Source: Lepidodermella squamata (Eukaryota; Animalia; Gastrotricha). From it: a DNA stretch of 64,000 bases. The notes below the pieces were generated by a model, which did no database searches, had not been told where the DNA came from, and was given only the letters and a program-made list of their open reading frames with translations. Of this stretch, positions 24,396 to 37,545 are shown one piece after another (within the stretch, counting starts at the first letter, position 1; each line of letters opens with the position of its first letter). The translations under genes were made by a program, and so were the position numbers. The stretch covers positions 4,526,001 through 4,590,000 of the forward strand of contig JBLDXI010000015.1 in NCBI GenBank assembly GCA_047495785.1, given 5' to 3'.

Positions 24396-26550
24396 ATGGC
24401 ACCCATTATATATCGTGATCCCAAAACGAATGTGATAAGCATACATGTCTTTTCGCTGAAATTTGAGCTCAATTTCACGCTCCTGTTTTTCTCTGGATTT
24501 TTGGTAAGTGAGCTCAACTTTGGTGCATGAATCATCTCACGAACCTTTGCAGGATCTCTTTGGTGTCAGCATTGTCATTCCATTTCTTCCGAAAATGCTG
24601 AGATTACTCGGCGAATCTTACACGGCCGTGGGATTCGTCAGCTCAATTTACGGATTTCTTCAACTATTTTCGTCGCCTATTGTGGTAATTTTGAAGACTA
24701 AATCAGGTGAATATCAACCTGACTATCGTATACAAACTATAGGGCAATCTCTCTGATCGATTCGGTCGCAAGAAAATTTTGATGTTCTCGCTGAGCTTCA
24801 CCGGAATTTCATACTTGCTCATGACACAAGGCGTTCTAGCTTCCTCGATATTCATGGTTGCTGTCAGTCGAATTCCGCTTGGTATGCTGAAGCACAGCCA
24901 ATCGCTAACGAAAGCTGAAATCGCCAAGTCTACCCAAGCACTATCCTGGTTTAATGCAGCATCTACTACAGGATTTATTGGTATATTTTCATTTACCAAT
25001 TAATTGTTTATAAATATTCGGATTTTTTTCAGTTGGACCGCCGATAACCGGAATGTTAATGGACCGATTTGCACCAGCTTTAGGGTATTCAATAGCGGGG
25101 CAAATCTCCGCTGCGGCTTTTGCGTTAAATACAGGTATTTGTTATTGAGAGTAATAAAATCATTGACCTAATTATTTGCTGGACATTTATTAGTTCTTGT
25201 TTACTACATTCTGCCCGAGTCGAAGCCGAATTTGACTCCGCGTAAATCTTCAGTGAATAGCGAACAACCCGGCACGCCGAGCAACCCTCTTGCCAACTTG
25301 CGCGCACGGGCGGCGAGTACGTTGAATACACTCTCGCGTACAGCTGTTAAAGTTACCGCGCCGCCGTTCTGCTACATATACTTGGCTAAATTCCTCAACA
25401 GCCAGGCGCTGGCAATGACCAGGTAATACTCACGAGTCAATTTGAATAGCCTTTGCATTGTGTTGTTTTTTTCGCGCGTCCAGGTCGGCCTATATGCTGT
25501 ACCTCGAGACGGAGTTCCAGCTCTCGAGCAGTGCTCTTGGCTGGCTTTCTTCGGCGGCGCCTGCGCTTACCGTTCTGTTTACTCCTGTAGTCACGCCTGT
25601 TTGCGGTCTTTTCGCCAACTCTGCCCCTCTTCTTCAAGCCATTTGCTGCTTACTAGAGAGTAAGGCAAAACAAATACTCAACTAGCATGCTTACGTAAAA
25701 ACGCAATAGCAAATTTCAGTTGGAAAATATATTAATGGGAACGAAATCAGAAATGACCGGAAGCGGAACCAAATTTTGATTAATTGATTGATTTTGATTG
25801 AATTTTGACCGCTCAAAAATTCCTTAAAAATTGATTAATCCAAAAAAATTACTATCAAGTTCTTTATTGACCGTCACTTATTGAGAAAACGAGCAGTTAT
25901 GATTTCACCAAATTTTTCGAAAATTTTAAAATTAAATAGCTGCGTTAGGTGAAGTTGGATTTCAAATTTGGTTAAGCTAAAATATTCAGAACCGAATTTT
26001 TTTTTTCAAAACTGGGTCATGTTATCAAAGTGACGATGAAGAGAATTGTATCGAATTTGAATGATCAATCTTAAAATTTGCAAAATTCGGAAATAATTTT
26101 CAATATTCAATGTACATATTTTCATGAACGAAAAAAATGGAGCCAACTAATCTTCAATATATTTGCGTTACAGTAATATCCGTAGCCATGCTACTCATGG
26201 CTCCAAATGTTTTCATCGTCATTTTGTCTGCGATACCTCACGGTTTGTCGACCGCCGTCGGCCGCGTCAATTACACATCGATGTCTCTTCATTTTGGCGG
26301 TGCTGGCCACGTCGGAACGTTGATTGGACTCGATCAGAGCGTGCTGTCCTTTTCGCGTATGATTGCCCCGGCCGTCTCTGGTCTCCTCATGGACTTTTCT
26401 CTCCGGCTGCCGATGTATTTCTCGATATGCTTGTTGATTCCTACGGCGTTGCTGTTCCGCCAGTTGTGCGGGGAAAAGCCGAAAGCTGGCGGGTTATTCA
26501 GCCGACAAGTTTCTTACACTGAGGAATATCAAGCAAATAGCAGAAGTTAA
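24396..26550 (+). CDS. MFS transporter, MFSD9/SLC22A18-like, multi-exon
   Basis: DLFGVSIVIP, SIYGFLQLFSSPIV|GNLSDRFGRK, RIPLGMLKHSQS, WFNAASTTGFI, GTLIGLDQSVLSFSRMIAPAVSG. Confidence 0.82.
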
Positions 26551-27208
26551 GGAGGATTTTTTACAAATTTGAATTTGACGTTTTGAATTTGACACGACTG
26601 AGCTGATTTCTCTCCATTTTCTAGTCTTAGTTTTTGTAACTTATGCAAATTGCTCTCATTCACGTGATATCAGCAAATTTTGCGTTGACAATGTTGGGCG
26701 TTGTGATCGGCGTTGATTAGATTCAATTGAATTTTTTGTTTTCTATGATGTTTATTGTGTAAAAAAACTCGGAAAAAATGCAAAGCGCAAGGTGCAATGC
26801 AAAACTCGAACCTTTCACTGTTATTATTTGGACAGCCTTTTACTGTTGTAATAATATATCAATAATGAGTAACTTTCTCGCACAAATTTGCCGAATGATT
26901 GTTGTACTAATAGTGTTATTTTTCTCAATCGTGATAATCAAAAAATACTGGCAGCTTGCAACAAATTTTCAACAAGGTCATACCCACTGCTGGACATTGC
27001 CTTTTAGTTTTTGAAACATAATTTATTAATAAAACACATTGACTTTCACATGTGATGAGTTATTTTCCAAACCACCACGGCGTTCTGACCCACTACAGGC
27101 TTGGTTTACGATTGGATTGGTATATCACGGCTGAATAACTTGAGTCGCATTCGCCTACGAGTTTCTCGTTAATTTCGTTTGATTAAAATCTATTTAAATT
27201 ACTCAACG

Positions 27209-28296
27209 ATGCCGGTAATTATTGGCGATGGGAAAGAAAAAGTTGTAATGGTGACTGGCGGTTCCGGTCTTGTGGGCAAGGCTATTCAGTGGGCCGTGAC
27301 GGAGGGCGGCCTGAGAAAGCCCGGAGAAAAATGGATATTTCTGAGCAGTCGAGACGGCGATTTGACGGTTGAGCCCGAGGTCAAAGCCGTTTTCGAACGA
27401 TTCCGCCCGACCCATGTCATTCACGTGGCAGCTTTTGTCGGCGGTCTGTTCAGAAACATGCGCTACCCGGCGGAATTTTTCGACAAAAACATCCTCATGA
27501 ACACGTACATCATCCATTACGCGCATGTTTACGGCGTTCAACGATGCATTTCAATGCTGTCAACGTGCATTTTCCCCGACGGAATTTCGCTGCCAATGAC
27601 TGAGAAAGATGTTAGATGAAGACACTTATTTTGACTGCCTAAGTATTTATCGATTTCAATTCGCACAGGTTCACACAGGTCCGCCGCATTACAGCAATTT
27701 CGCATACGCCTACGCCAAGCGAATGGTTGACGTTCAAAATGAGGCTTACAGCAAGCAGTACGGGTCGAAATTTTCCTCAATGGTTCCCGTAAATATTTAT
27801 GGGCCTCACGATAATTATTCGATCGAAGATGGCCACGTGATTCCCGGCTTGATGAACAAAATGTACATCGCTGAAAGTCAGTTCATTGCCATTTCACTCT
27901 CTGACTCACTAATTGATTTTCAAAATTTCAGAAAAAAATGAGCCGCTTGTTGTTTGGGGTACAGGCGTCGCGAGACGGCAGTTTGTTTACAGCCGCGATA
28001 TTGCACGCGCGCTTGTTTGGATGGCAGATCACTACGACGACTACCAGCCGATTATTTGTGTTGGCGATGAAGGCGAAATGACTATCAAAGATGTTGTGAA
28101 CAATGTCGCGAAAGGAATGGATTTCAAGGGCGAAATTAAATGGGACACCAGCCGAGCTGATGGCCAGTTCGCGAAGACTGCCTCGAATAAAAAGTTTCGA
28201 TCGCTGGCTCCTGATTTCAAATTCACGTCCTTTGAGACAGGCATTAAAGAAACTTGCGATTGGTTCAAAGCTAACTATGACACGGCGAGGAAATGA
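27209..28296 (+). CDS. GFUS: GDP-L-fucose synthase, copy 2 (3 exons)
   Basis: [43 protein letters not shown]; same two intron positions as copy 1. Confidence 0.95.
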
Positions 28297-28987
28297 GAAA
28301 ATATAACCTATGAATCATTTGTTTGTATCACACAGCCGATAAGCCATCGAACATATTTTGAATTTGCGATTTGTGTGCGTGGAGGGTTCTCTGTTACATT
28401 CTATCCATGGTAGTGTCCATGCCCCGTTAACATATCGAGTTCATTAGTAAATTGAGTTGGAAAAGCCTGGTTTTGTTTCTTTCCGCTATTTTATACTGCT
28501 CTAGGTATTGCCTTCAAATGCGGCGTAAACATTTGCTAAGAATACGAAAACATAGCGGGTAGATTTTTTCGAGTGCTCAGCGCCAGGGTGTTTAGGAAAG
28601 AAACGATCGTTCACGTCGGCCCATCAAATTATATATCATGAATAGCAACGCGAAAGCAACAACACAGCTACGGCGAGTTTTTTATGCTTGCCTCTCGGTA
28701 AGCACACCCTGGCGCCGTCCATTTAAATTACGCGATCGAATCAGAGCTGATCTTGAAGAGAAGCAGCGCAAGTAGTATAGGTAAACGCATGAACCACAGC
28801 GTATAACTTTCAGGAGTGACGAAAAGAGTGAAATGTACTAATACTATCAATGGCATGATGATGCTATTTGAAGGGTAAATGTGAACCGGCGATACAACAA
28901 AGATTTGTGCTCATTCGTTTGTAACGCCTGTATTGAATGCCGGATATGCGGCGCAAAAGTGTTACCGAACTCGCTGAATTTTGACGA

Positions 28988-30715
28988 ATGGCTGTCTTTA
29001 TAACAATCATAACAATCGCGCTCATATTTATCATTCCGGTCGTTGCGATGGACGAGTCACCTTACGAAAGTGATTGCTATCATTTCGGCAGTAAGACTGC
29101 CTATAACATCCAGAATTCGATCGATTGGCAGCGTATAATCCATGACGACGCACATTTAGATCCGACCTGCAAGCTATTTCACCTGCGATTGGTCGCCAGA
29201 CATGGCACTAGGTCACCTGATATAAAGAACATCGAGGGCGTTATAAAGGCCTTGGCACGGTTGAGGAACCCTAAATACGCGATGGCAGGTTCGGAAGAAC
29301 AGCAAGCTCTTCGAAACCTGACTCTGTCGTGGCAGAATCGACTGCCAGATGGGAAACGACTTTTAGAGCGCGGCCGGGCGGAGAACACACATTTGGCCCG
29401 CGAGTATTTCAGCCTGGTCGATCGCTTCAGTACGATTTTCATGCAGCGTAATGCATTTTTCTTCCAATCGACCGAAATCAATCGATCCCACGAATCTGGC
29501 GTCGCGTTCCGAGAAGAATTTGTGCGACTGATGCTGGCGGCCAACTACTCGAGTCGAGCGCAATTTTACATCAGTGACGTTGCGAAAAATGACAGTCGAT
29601 TATATTTCCACAAAGACTGCCCGGCATTCACGTATCGAGTGGACAAGAATAACTACACGTCAGCTGAAACTAAGCGAATTCGACTGACTACCGAAGCTCT
29701 TAATTTGATTGAAAAAATCAACAAACAGCGGCTCGGCCTGCCTGACATTGTTCTTGAATGGAGTGAGTCGAATAACTTTCATTCGGTCGTAAAACTAAAT
29801 TCTTTTGATCTTTTAGACAATATATTCGCACTTTACCAAATGGCAGCCTTCGAAAAAGCTGCATTAAACGACTCGATATTACTGCTTCTGTTCGACACGG
29901 AAGATCTGGAATTTCTCGAGTTCAGTGACGAGCTGGACATCTATTACAAGAAAGCCTACGGCCACCCGATGATAGCTGACATGAGCTGCGTCCTTACTAC
30001 GAATATTTTCGACGTAGCACAACGAAAACGCGCTGGTTATCCTGATTTTGACGGCATGTTTGAGTTCGGTCACTTGGAAACTCTTCTACCCGTTTACGCC
30101 GCGTTCGATCTGTTTAGAGATAGCCAAGAAGACTTTGTAGCAAATGCATCGAGAAATTTCATTAGAAATCGCAAATTCAGCATGTCCAAAGTTGGCCCAT
30201 TTGCCGCTAATTTCGCCTTTTTATTCGTGAGTTTTTATCCCGAGCTGAAACATTTTGGATTTTAGTTTCTTGTTTTACAGTTTTCTTGTCCCTCGGACGA
30301 GTTTAAAGTTCTGTTCCTCATCAACGGGAAGCCGTTTCCACTTTCCCGTGCTTGCCCCCATGACCTGGCCTGTCCCTTCGGCGACGTTCGAGCCGCGTAT
30401 GGCCTCGCAACTGGGCCATCATCGAAGTGCAAATTGAAAGAAATTTGCAAGCTCAACGAGTTCGAGCTTCGCCAACTCGAACGTATCAAAGGACAATCAG
30501 GCGCAGGCAAAAAGACGAATGAAGCTGAAACTTCACCAGACATTGTTGATGCTGGCTGGTCGGTGTTGTTTCTTTCTAATCACATGAATTTGATACTTCA
30601 GTTAATTTGTAACTTCGTTATATCGGCCCGATTTTCCACTGAGTCGCAATTCAATAATTGTTTATTGTTCACCAGCCTACTATGTTGCTTTGTGGGCGTC
30701 GAATTTTCGCGATGA
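28988..30715 (+). CDS. MINPP1: Multiple inositol polyphosphate phosphatase (histidine acid phosphatase)
   Basis: Signal peptide, FGSKTAY, catalytic RHGTRSP, YYKKAYG, FGHLETLLP, PFAANFAF; probable in-frame intron 29763-29816 and intron ending 30280. Confidence 0.88.
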
Positions 30716-30970
30716 GACTCTGCTTCAATTGAAATTTTCGTCTTGTTGATTTTCGTAAAAATAAATAAGTCTGAAAGTATGTACTTGATAGAAGATAAAA
30801 ACAAGCAGTGACTTGAATGAGAATTTGGGGTTGTTGCTCGAGATAAAAACTCTCCGACGCTACAATGATAACGACATACTCGCGATACCCTGATAGACTA
30901 AGACGTTCTCAGGCATATACTAACTCGCTAAATTCTACATCAACACAACCCAAGAAGTCTAGTCTAAATA

Positions 30971-31839
30971 ATGGCAACCCCCGAAGCCGAGCCGACTGCA
31001 AAGATGTTTAGGCTCGTCATGCTGGGCCAAGGCGGCAGTGGAAAATCTAACATTGCCGATCGATTCGTTAGAAATATCTATACAGATCCGCACAAGGTTA
31101 CATTAGGAGGTGAGAATATTGCTGAATTTTTCAAAAATAACATATTTCCAAGTTCAGTTGAACTCCAAACCTCGCTGATGACTATTGATACGGGGCATCG
31201 CGTTCGCTTTGAAATTTGGGACACCTCGGGACAGGAGCGATATGCGCAACTAGCTCCCATGTACTACAGGAATGCCCAAGCTGCCATCGTGGTCTACGAC
31301 ATTACCGACAAAGTATAGTCTAAATTTTTAATTCCCCACGCCAATCATGTAGGCCATGTATTTTCAGAGATCATTTAACCGTGCCAAAGAATGGGTCGCA
31401 GAGCTACAGCAAGCATTATCTGAAATCGTGATCGTATTGATTGGGAACAAAATTGATCTGGCTAACTACCGTGTCATTGAAACCATGGTATACCCCCAAA
31501 ATGTTTCCTATCATTTACCATAATTTACCTAAACCTCAACAGGATGCAGAGGTTTTCGCTGATGATAATAACTTGCTGTTTGCGGAAGTTTCTGCGAAAA
31601 CTGGCATCGGAATCCATGACCTGTTTGAGAGGCTTGCGAAGCGCCTTACGAACGACATGTTGTCATCACTGCCACCAAGTGCCCGCCATAATGTGCCTGC
31701 GCCTCAATACGCTATCTCAGTCTCGTCGCCATCGAAAGTAATCAAACTTAACCAAATGGATATGGGCGAGCCAGAAAGTTCAGCACCAAGCATCAGCAAT
31801 AACAGAAATTCAGAGGCCAAAAGTGGAGGTTGCTGCTGA
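30971..31839 (+). CDS. Rab5-subfamily small GTPase (divergent)
   Basis: [55 protein letters not shown]-terminal GGCC prenylation site. Confidence 0.88.
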
Positions 31840-31998
31840 ATGACTAATGCCCATATATCGGGTTAATTCTAGTTCCCTAGTTTCTGAGATTTCCAAACTA
31901 ATAAATACCATTTTCCAATTCATGGTGCGAATACTTTTTTACTCTTTGCGGAATAAATGCGGTAAAATAAATTGTATTCTGAGCATTTGCGCTATTTT

Positions 31999-32966
31999 TC
32001 ACATTATCTTCAGAGTTCCAGTCGTCCCAGACAGAAATTGGGCTGATTGCTGTTGTTGCAGCTTTTTGATCGCAGCCATTTCGATTAGCTGGTTGAACAT
32101 ATTTTCCACGGATTTGGCGTCGTTTGCTGTGGCGCAAGATGTCTGATAGAACTTGAGATCTTGGCTGGCCGCAAAATCTTTAATTTCTTTGAGCGAAGGA
32201 TCATCGGAATTTCGCCCGATTTTCTAGAGGAAACAAGTTAAATTTTTAAATAAATTATTAAATTAATCAATCAAACCAAAAGATCGCATTTATTCGCGCA
32301 GACGGCCAACGTAAATGGCCGTCGCCGCTGATTGATTCGCGCAAGCTCGGCTTCTTGCTCAGCTTCAATTTCTTCGTCCCAATCGTCGTCTATCGCGTCG
32401 TTTTGCGGCCCGTGGTGCTTGCTGTTTTTCGGCTTCCGGCAATATTTGTCGACCTCGTCCCGATAGGCCTTGAGCACTGGTGCTTGGTCAGCCGGACTCA
32501 ACGACACGTCGCTCACAAGCAGACAGATGTCAGTCTCAGCGTACAGTTCATTTCGAACTTGGAAGAACTCATCGCGCCCAGCGCAGTCCCAAAAGTTAAC
32601 GCGAACCTCGACGTTACCGAATTCTTGCGTCCGGCAGTTGTGGATTTTGAAGCCGTAGTCAACGCCTACGGTCGGCTGGTACACTGCATGGTACTTACCC
32701 TCGCAAAATAGCCGAATAAGTGAGGTTTTGCCTGATAGTTGCGGGCCGATTAGCAATATTTTTACCCAGATGAATCGAGCTAGTTCATCGTTAATTCGCT
32801 GGGTAATCAACTGGCGAAAATTTGTCAACGTGTCTAATTGCGAACCAACTTGACCAGCGAAGAGAAGCGAGCTTTTAGGAGCCACGGAACTGCTAGCAGT
32901 TGGCGGACGTTTTGCTGAAGGCGTTCGACGCGACTTGGCCGAACCAGGTGTGACTAATCTCGACAT
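31999..32966 (-). CDS. RJL-family (DNAJC27/RBJ-like) GTPase without a J domain, 2 exons
   Basis: GPQLSGKT, YQPTVGVDYG, VNFWDCAGRDEFFQVRNELY, ANKCDL, YQTSC; second exon ends GTLKIM-TGA at 31999; no CAAX. Confidence 0.75.
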
Positions 32967-33969
32967 GCTTCTCGGCGAGTAAAAGTAGCCTCATAAACAA
33001 GAGAGCGAGCGTTTTTACGAGCACGATTCTGCCTATAACACGTAAGTGTGAATAGGTTATACAAAACTACCTGCGCAATGCATTCACTAACAGTTCCTCT
33101 CATAGAAACTGTATGAGGGCTAAAATCAATGAGCGGTTCTTTTATTCATTCGCACCTGGGATACACACCGACGTTTTACGCATAGCATACCTAGTAAGAT
33201 TTGCTTCATTCTATAACTGACTGAGAAGTTATTAACAAATAATAAATCAATCTGTAATAATTTATGGACCCAAGATTTATTATGATAGATGTGGTAGCTA
33301 ACAGCCACGTCAGCTGGCACCAACTTACTGAAGCCATCACCAGGATGAATAATTACCCATTAGGCACAGGATTCAGCTATCGACGATGCGGTTTTGGGAT
33401 CCTGAATGCAAACCAAGCTCGCGAGTAAGACGGTGATATCTATCTTCATCTCACGATCGGAAGCAATCAAGTGAATAGCACCATCCACAATTTTCTGTAC
33501 ATTGTTCCCCGTAAAATTTGCCATCTTCAAAACTCGGTACCAATTATTCGAAAAAAAAACCGAGAAATTCGACGCCACATTCTTTATTATAGCACTCAAC
33601 AGAACAAAATAAATGATGGTCGCTCGTTTTCGGGAAAATAGTGGCCAACAATTTTTCAAAGATGAATGAATGAACGTGGACAACAGTTCAACAAAATAAA
33701 AATGTAACCTGAGAAACGTTGGCGCTAAAAATATTAGATTTTTCTTTGTTTTCAGTAGGTAAATAGCAAGATTTAAATTTTGTAAGCAAGTAAATATATT
33801 TTTCGTTAAGAATATAGAAGAATTTTTTGTTTAAAGACACAGGCACAAAAACGAAGCGTTACATGACCCACTGATTGATACATATAGCCAACATCCATAT
33901 AAACGTCAACAAGAATAAACATCAGTCTTTTCTCTCAAGAATATCTAGGAAAAAAATAGAACTTTTCTG

Positions 33970-36900
33970 TCAATGATCTTCGGCACCAGGCGTCGCACAC
34001 GAGGTCGACGCCATTTCGTGTTCAATGAGCTGGCTAGTATCGATAACTGAGGAATTGGTAGAGGATTGCCCTGGAGGTTTTACTGATTGATATTTGTTCA
34101 AGGCAGACATTCGAGACGGTTGCATGATTTTCTGACGAACTTCGCGAATTTTCAGTTTCAACTATAATATTCAAAATTAACATCAGACGGTTTTACTTGG
34201 CACAAAATGCAATACTAACCTGTTGTAAATCAGTAAAAATAGTTGAATGCTGACGCTGGTACTCGGCTACAACGTCATCTGAAACGAAAATTTAATTTAA
34301 AATTCCTCCTTAATTGATTAAAAAACAACTTACCACTTGGGAAGAAATCGTGGCTAGCAAACAACTGAAGCACAAGTTCACGCCGTTTATCAACGATGCG
34401 TCGGGCTGAGCCCGGAGGACGCGTCGGCGAAACACACGACAGGGTTAGGGCCGATGCAGGCGGTGCCAACAAACGACGCCCGCTCGGACCCAAGGCAGAA
34501 GCGGAATGAGGAGGCATTGTGATATCAATAGCAGGTGGCAGTGGGCTGGCTAACAGCGACGTTGAAGCACCCTCGTCGTCACTCTCTTTCCCACCGCCGT
34601 TTCCACCCAACCCACCACATCTGAACAGCTTCTTCGCCTTGTCGATGGAGAAATCGGCGCCGAAAAACACGGTGCTAAGGCTGTTATCGACAACTGGGCC
34701 GGCGGAAATAGCACAGCGGGCAGACATCGGGGTCGATGCACTTCCGCTACCACCAAGCTGGTAGATTGAGGTGGAATACTCGGGCAGGCGGTAGAACTGC
34801 TCGTTGAAGTTGGCTGCGTTCAGCACTCGCCCGGCAGCTCCTGCCTGTTCTCCTGTTTTCGCCGGAGATTCGCAAGGCATGGCGATGTCGCTGCATACGT
34901 CAGCTTCTTTCGGCAGCGACAGCGGGGGCGGGCGATAGGATGACAGGCGCTTTCGCTTACCCTCGGGTTCACTCGCTGAGCTAGTTCCCTCGCCATCTTC
35001 ACCGCTTCGCTCGGCAGTCATTTCCATGACAAACGTTTCAACTGGAGGAAGAGGTTCAGTTGGAGGAGGGTCACCGCCACATGAAATTATGGTAGTTCTG
35101 GTTTCTCCATCGTCCATAGGCACAGGCGTCGATTTGTTCATTTGATTTGAATCTGAAAAACAGACCTCAGAAATGAGTAAAAATTAGCTAACCAACTTAC
35201 CACACTTCTCAGCGTCAATGTTTTCGGACGTTGAGGCTGTTCGACCCATTGGTGGCACCAAGCGACCAACCGATCCAGCCCTCGGACGGCCGCCTCGTTT
35301 ACTCCAGCGCCAGTCGGGAAACGCGCGGAAATGTTCTTGCTTAACACGACTTGCTAGTTCTTGATAAGGGCGTTTCTCAGCCGGAGCCAAAGTATACCAC
35401 AATTCCCTGTGTATATGTAATTTGAATTATTTCCTATCTGAAACAGCTACTTCAACTTACCCCAAAATTTTGCTAATGGTTCGATTGTCCTCGCGTGGGT
35501 GCTGCTTTTGCACCAATGGACGGTGGCGTTTCGAGAAAATCTACGCAAAAATCATGAGTCATCAAGGAAAATAATATATGCATCAAATTACCATAAAGGC
35601 ATTCATTGGTCGAGGAATATGGCTACTGTCGAGTTCTAATTTCGAATCAAGTTCCTTATTCTCCTCGGAGTGAGACTCTTCTGCATGACTGTCAACATGG
35701 TGCTCCATATTGGTTAACGTAGGTGGCGGCTGCTGTACAACTTGTTGTTGCAAACTGGCCATCAACTGGTTAGTACTTTGAGGTTGAAGTATCTGTTGCT
35801 GCGTTGGCTGAGATTGTTGCAATAACTGTTGTTGCACCTGTGAAGGCTGTTGCTGAGGAATATTTGTGCTGAAAACGTCATCAACAAGGAAATGAGATGT
35901 GGTAGCGCTGTTTGGCTGGGTCATATCCTCGCTGCTGGTAGACTCAGTGGCACCCATAGAACTCGTAGAAGCAGCGGTCGAATATCCGCTCGGATCCAAA
36001 AATGGCACCAGATTGAACCAATCGACTGGCGGAGATCTACGCAGCGGATTACGCACATTTTCAGCTGGGTGCAACACGCTTGTAGCGGGGTTCTTGTATA
36101 CGAAATTGGCGTTGGATCCGGACGAAGAATTATCTGGAGAATCACGGTAAAATACAGGTAGTAAGCTGAGAGCATCAGGAACAGCACAGTTTTCATTAAA
36201 ATCGCCTTCCAGAGGTTTGCCAATTGCACCTGCACCCTGCATGTGAACCGGACCGTCGGATGCCCTCGCCGGCATGTGTCGCATTTGCATTAAAACATCT
36301 GCGGCGCAAGCTTCTTCCGAAGATACCGTCTCCGCGGGCGGGTTCAAATGCATCTGAGCAGTAGATTTTCCAGACAAGCTAGAGGAATTGCGATTAGGTG
36401 TTGAGCAGGGTACTTGCTGGTTATTGCGTAAACTATTGCTGGAGGACAGATGACGAGAGCATAGTCCTCGGCGCTGTGACTCCTTGTTACAACCCTCTCG
36501 GGAACAAAGCCGACGCCATTGCTTCCCATTAAATTTCTTTCGGATTCCATTAGGCGTAGCAACAACATCGCCTTTCTTGAAACGCTGAAAATTTCCTAAC
36601 TGACCTGAGGAGGAACCTTCCATTGTCATGAATGAAGGCGGGGAAGAAGATTCACTCTGGCGACAAAGCAGGCTATCAGCAGCGCTTGAATTGAGCTGAC
36701 CAGCAGAAAAATTAGGGGTATCGCATGAGTTGCGCGTAGATGACATCTCTTCTTCAAATGACTCTGCTGGAAGGGATAAATTCTGAGATGGGGTTAGGTC
36801 AGCCATAGGCGCCGAGATGTTTGAGTTGGCCGATATGCTTATTGTTAAAGGTTCAATTGCGTGATGACGGCTTTCTATTAGGTTGGCATGACCATGGTTT

Positions 36901-37545
36901 TCAACAGATTCAGATACAACGAGTTTTGGTGACGCAGAGACATCGCTCATCTTCGAGGATAATTCACAGTGCTCCAATTCATCGCTCCATGGATACTGAT
37001 GAAGGCGCAAAGCAGCGCGGGAAACATTAACGGTATCATTGTCAGGATAGAGGCAGACGTTATACGCATTCTGAGACTGCAATAATGTAATAGACGAGAT
37101 GCAAATAGTCAGGAAAGTTTAATTTTAAATTACCGTTATTTCAATGACTTTCGCTGAGACAAAGGTCTTTCCATCGTCAACAAAAGAAGCTCTCTTTTCG
37201 AACCAATTAGGCGGTGGTTTGATCAACACTTCGCTTCCAACACGGACGTTTGCATGGGTAGGGGCCGAGTCTTGAACGAGCACAGGAGGGAATGATGACG
37301 AACAGTCTATGGTCAAGAAATGATCGCTAGCTGCGACGTTATCAGCGCCATCGGATTCTAACTTGACGACAACCGATGAAAATTCTGACGCAGAATCGAT
37401 CACACCAGGTCGAAAACACCCTATTTAACGATACTATTCTTATGAAAAATATAGACCTTACTTCCACACACTTACCATCTCTGACTTTAGCAAGGACTCT
37501 TGTACCGATCCAATCAGCCAAATTAAGTTTTTCACCACCTGACAT
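33970..37545 (-). CDS. CIC: Capicua HMG-box repressor, long form
   Basis: HMG box [10 protein letters not shown]|[10 protein letters not shown]...[10 protein letters not shown]...[10 protein letters not shown]; C1 domain RRELVLQLF...[14 protein letters not shown]; CIC-L N-terminal block [43 protein letters not shown]. Confidence 0.95.

Noticed and set aside
25670-26170. Enlarged AT-rich MFSD9 intron with short inverted matches
   Set aside because: Only about 10-bp AT-rich inverted matches and no TSD; not enough to call an element.
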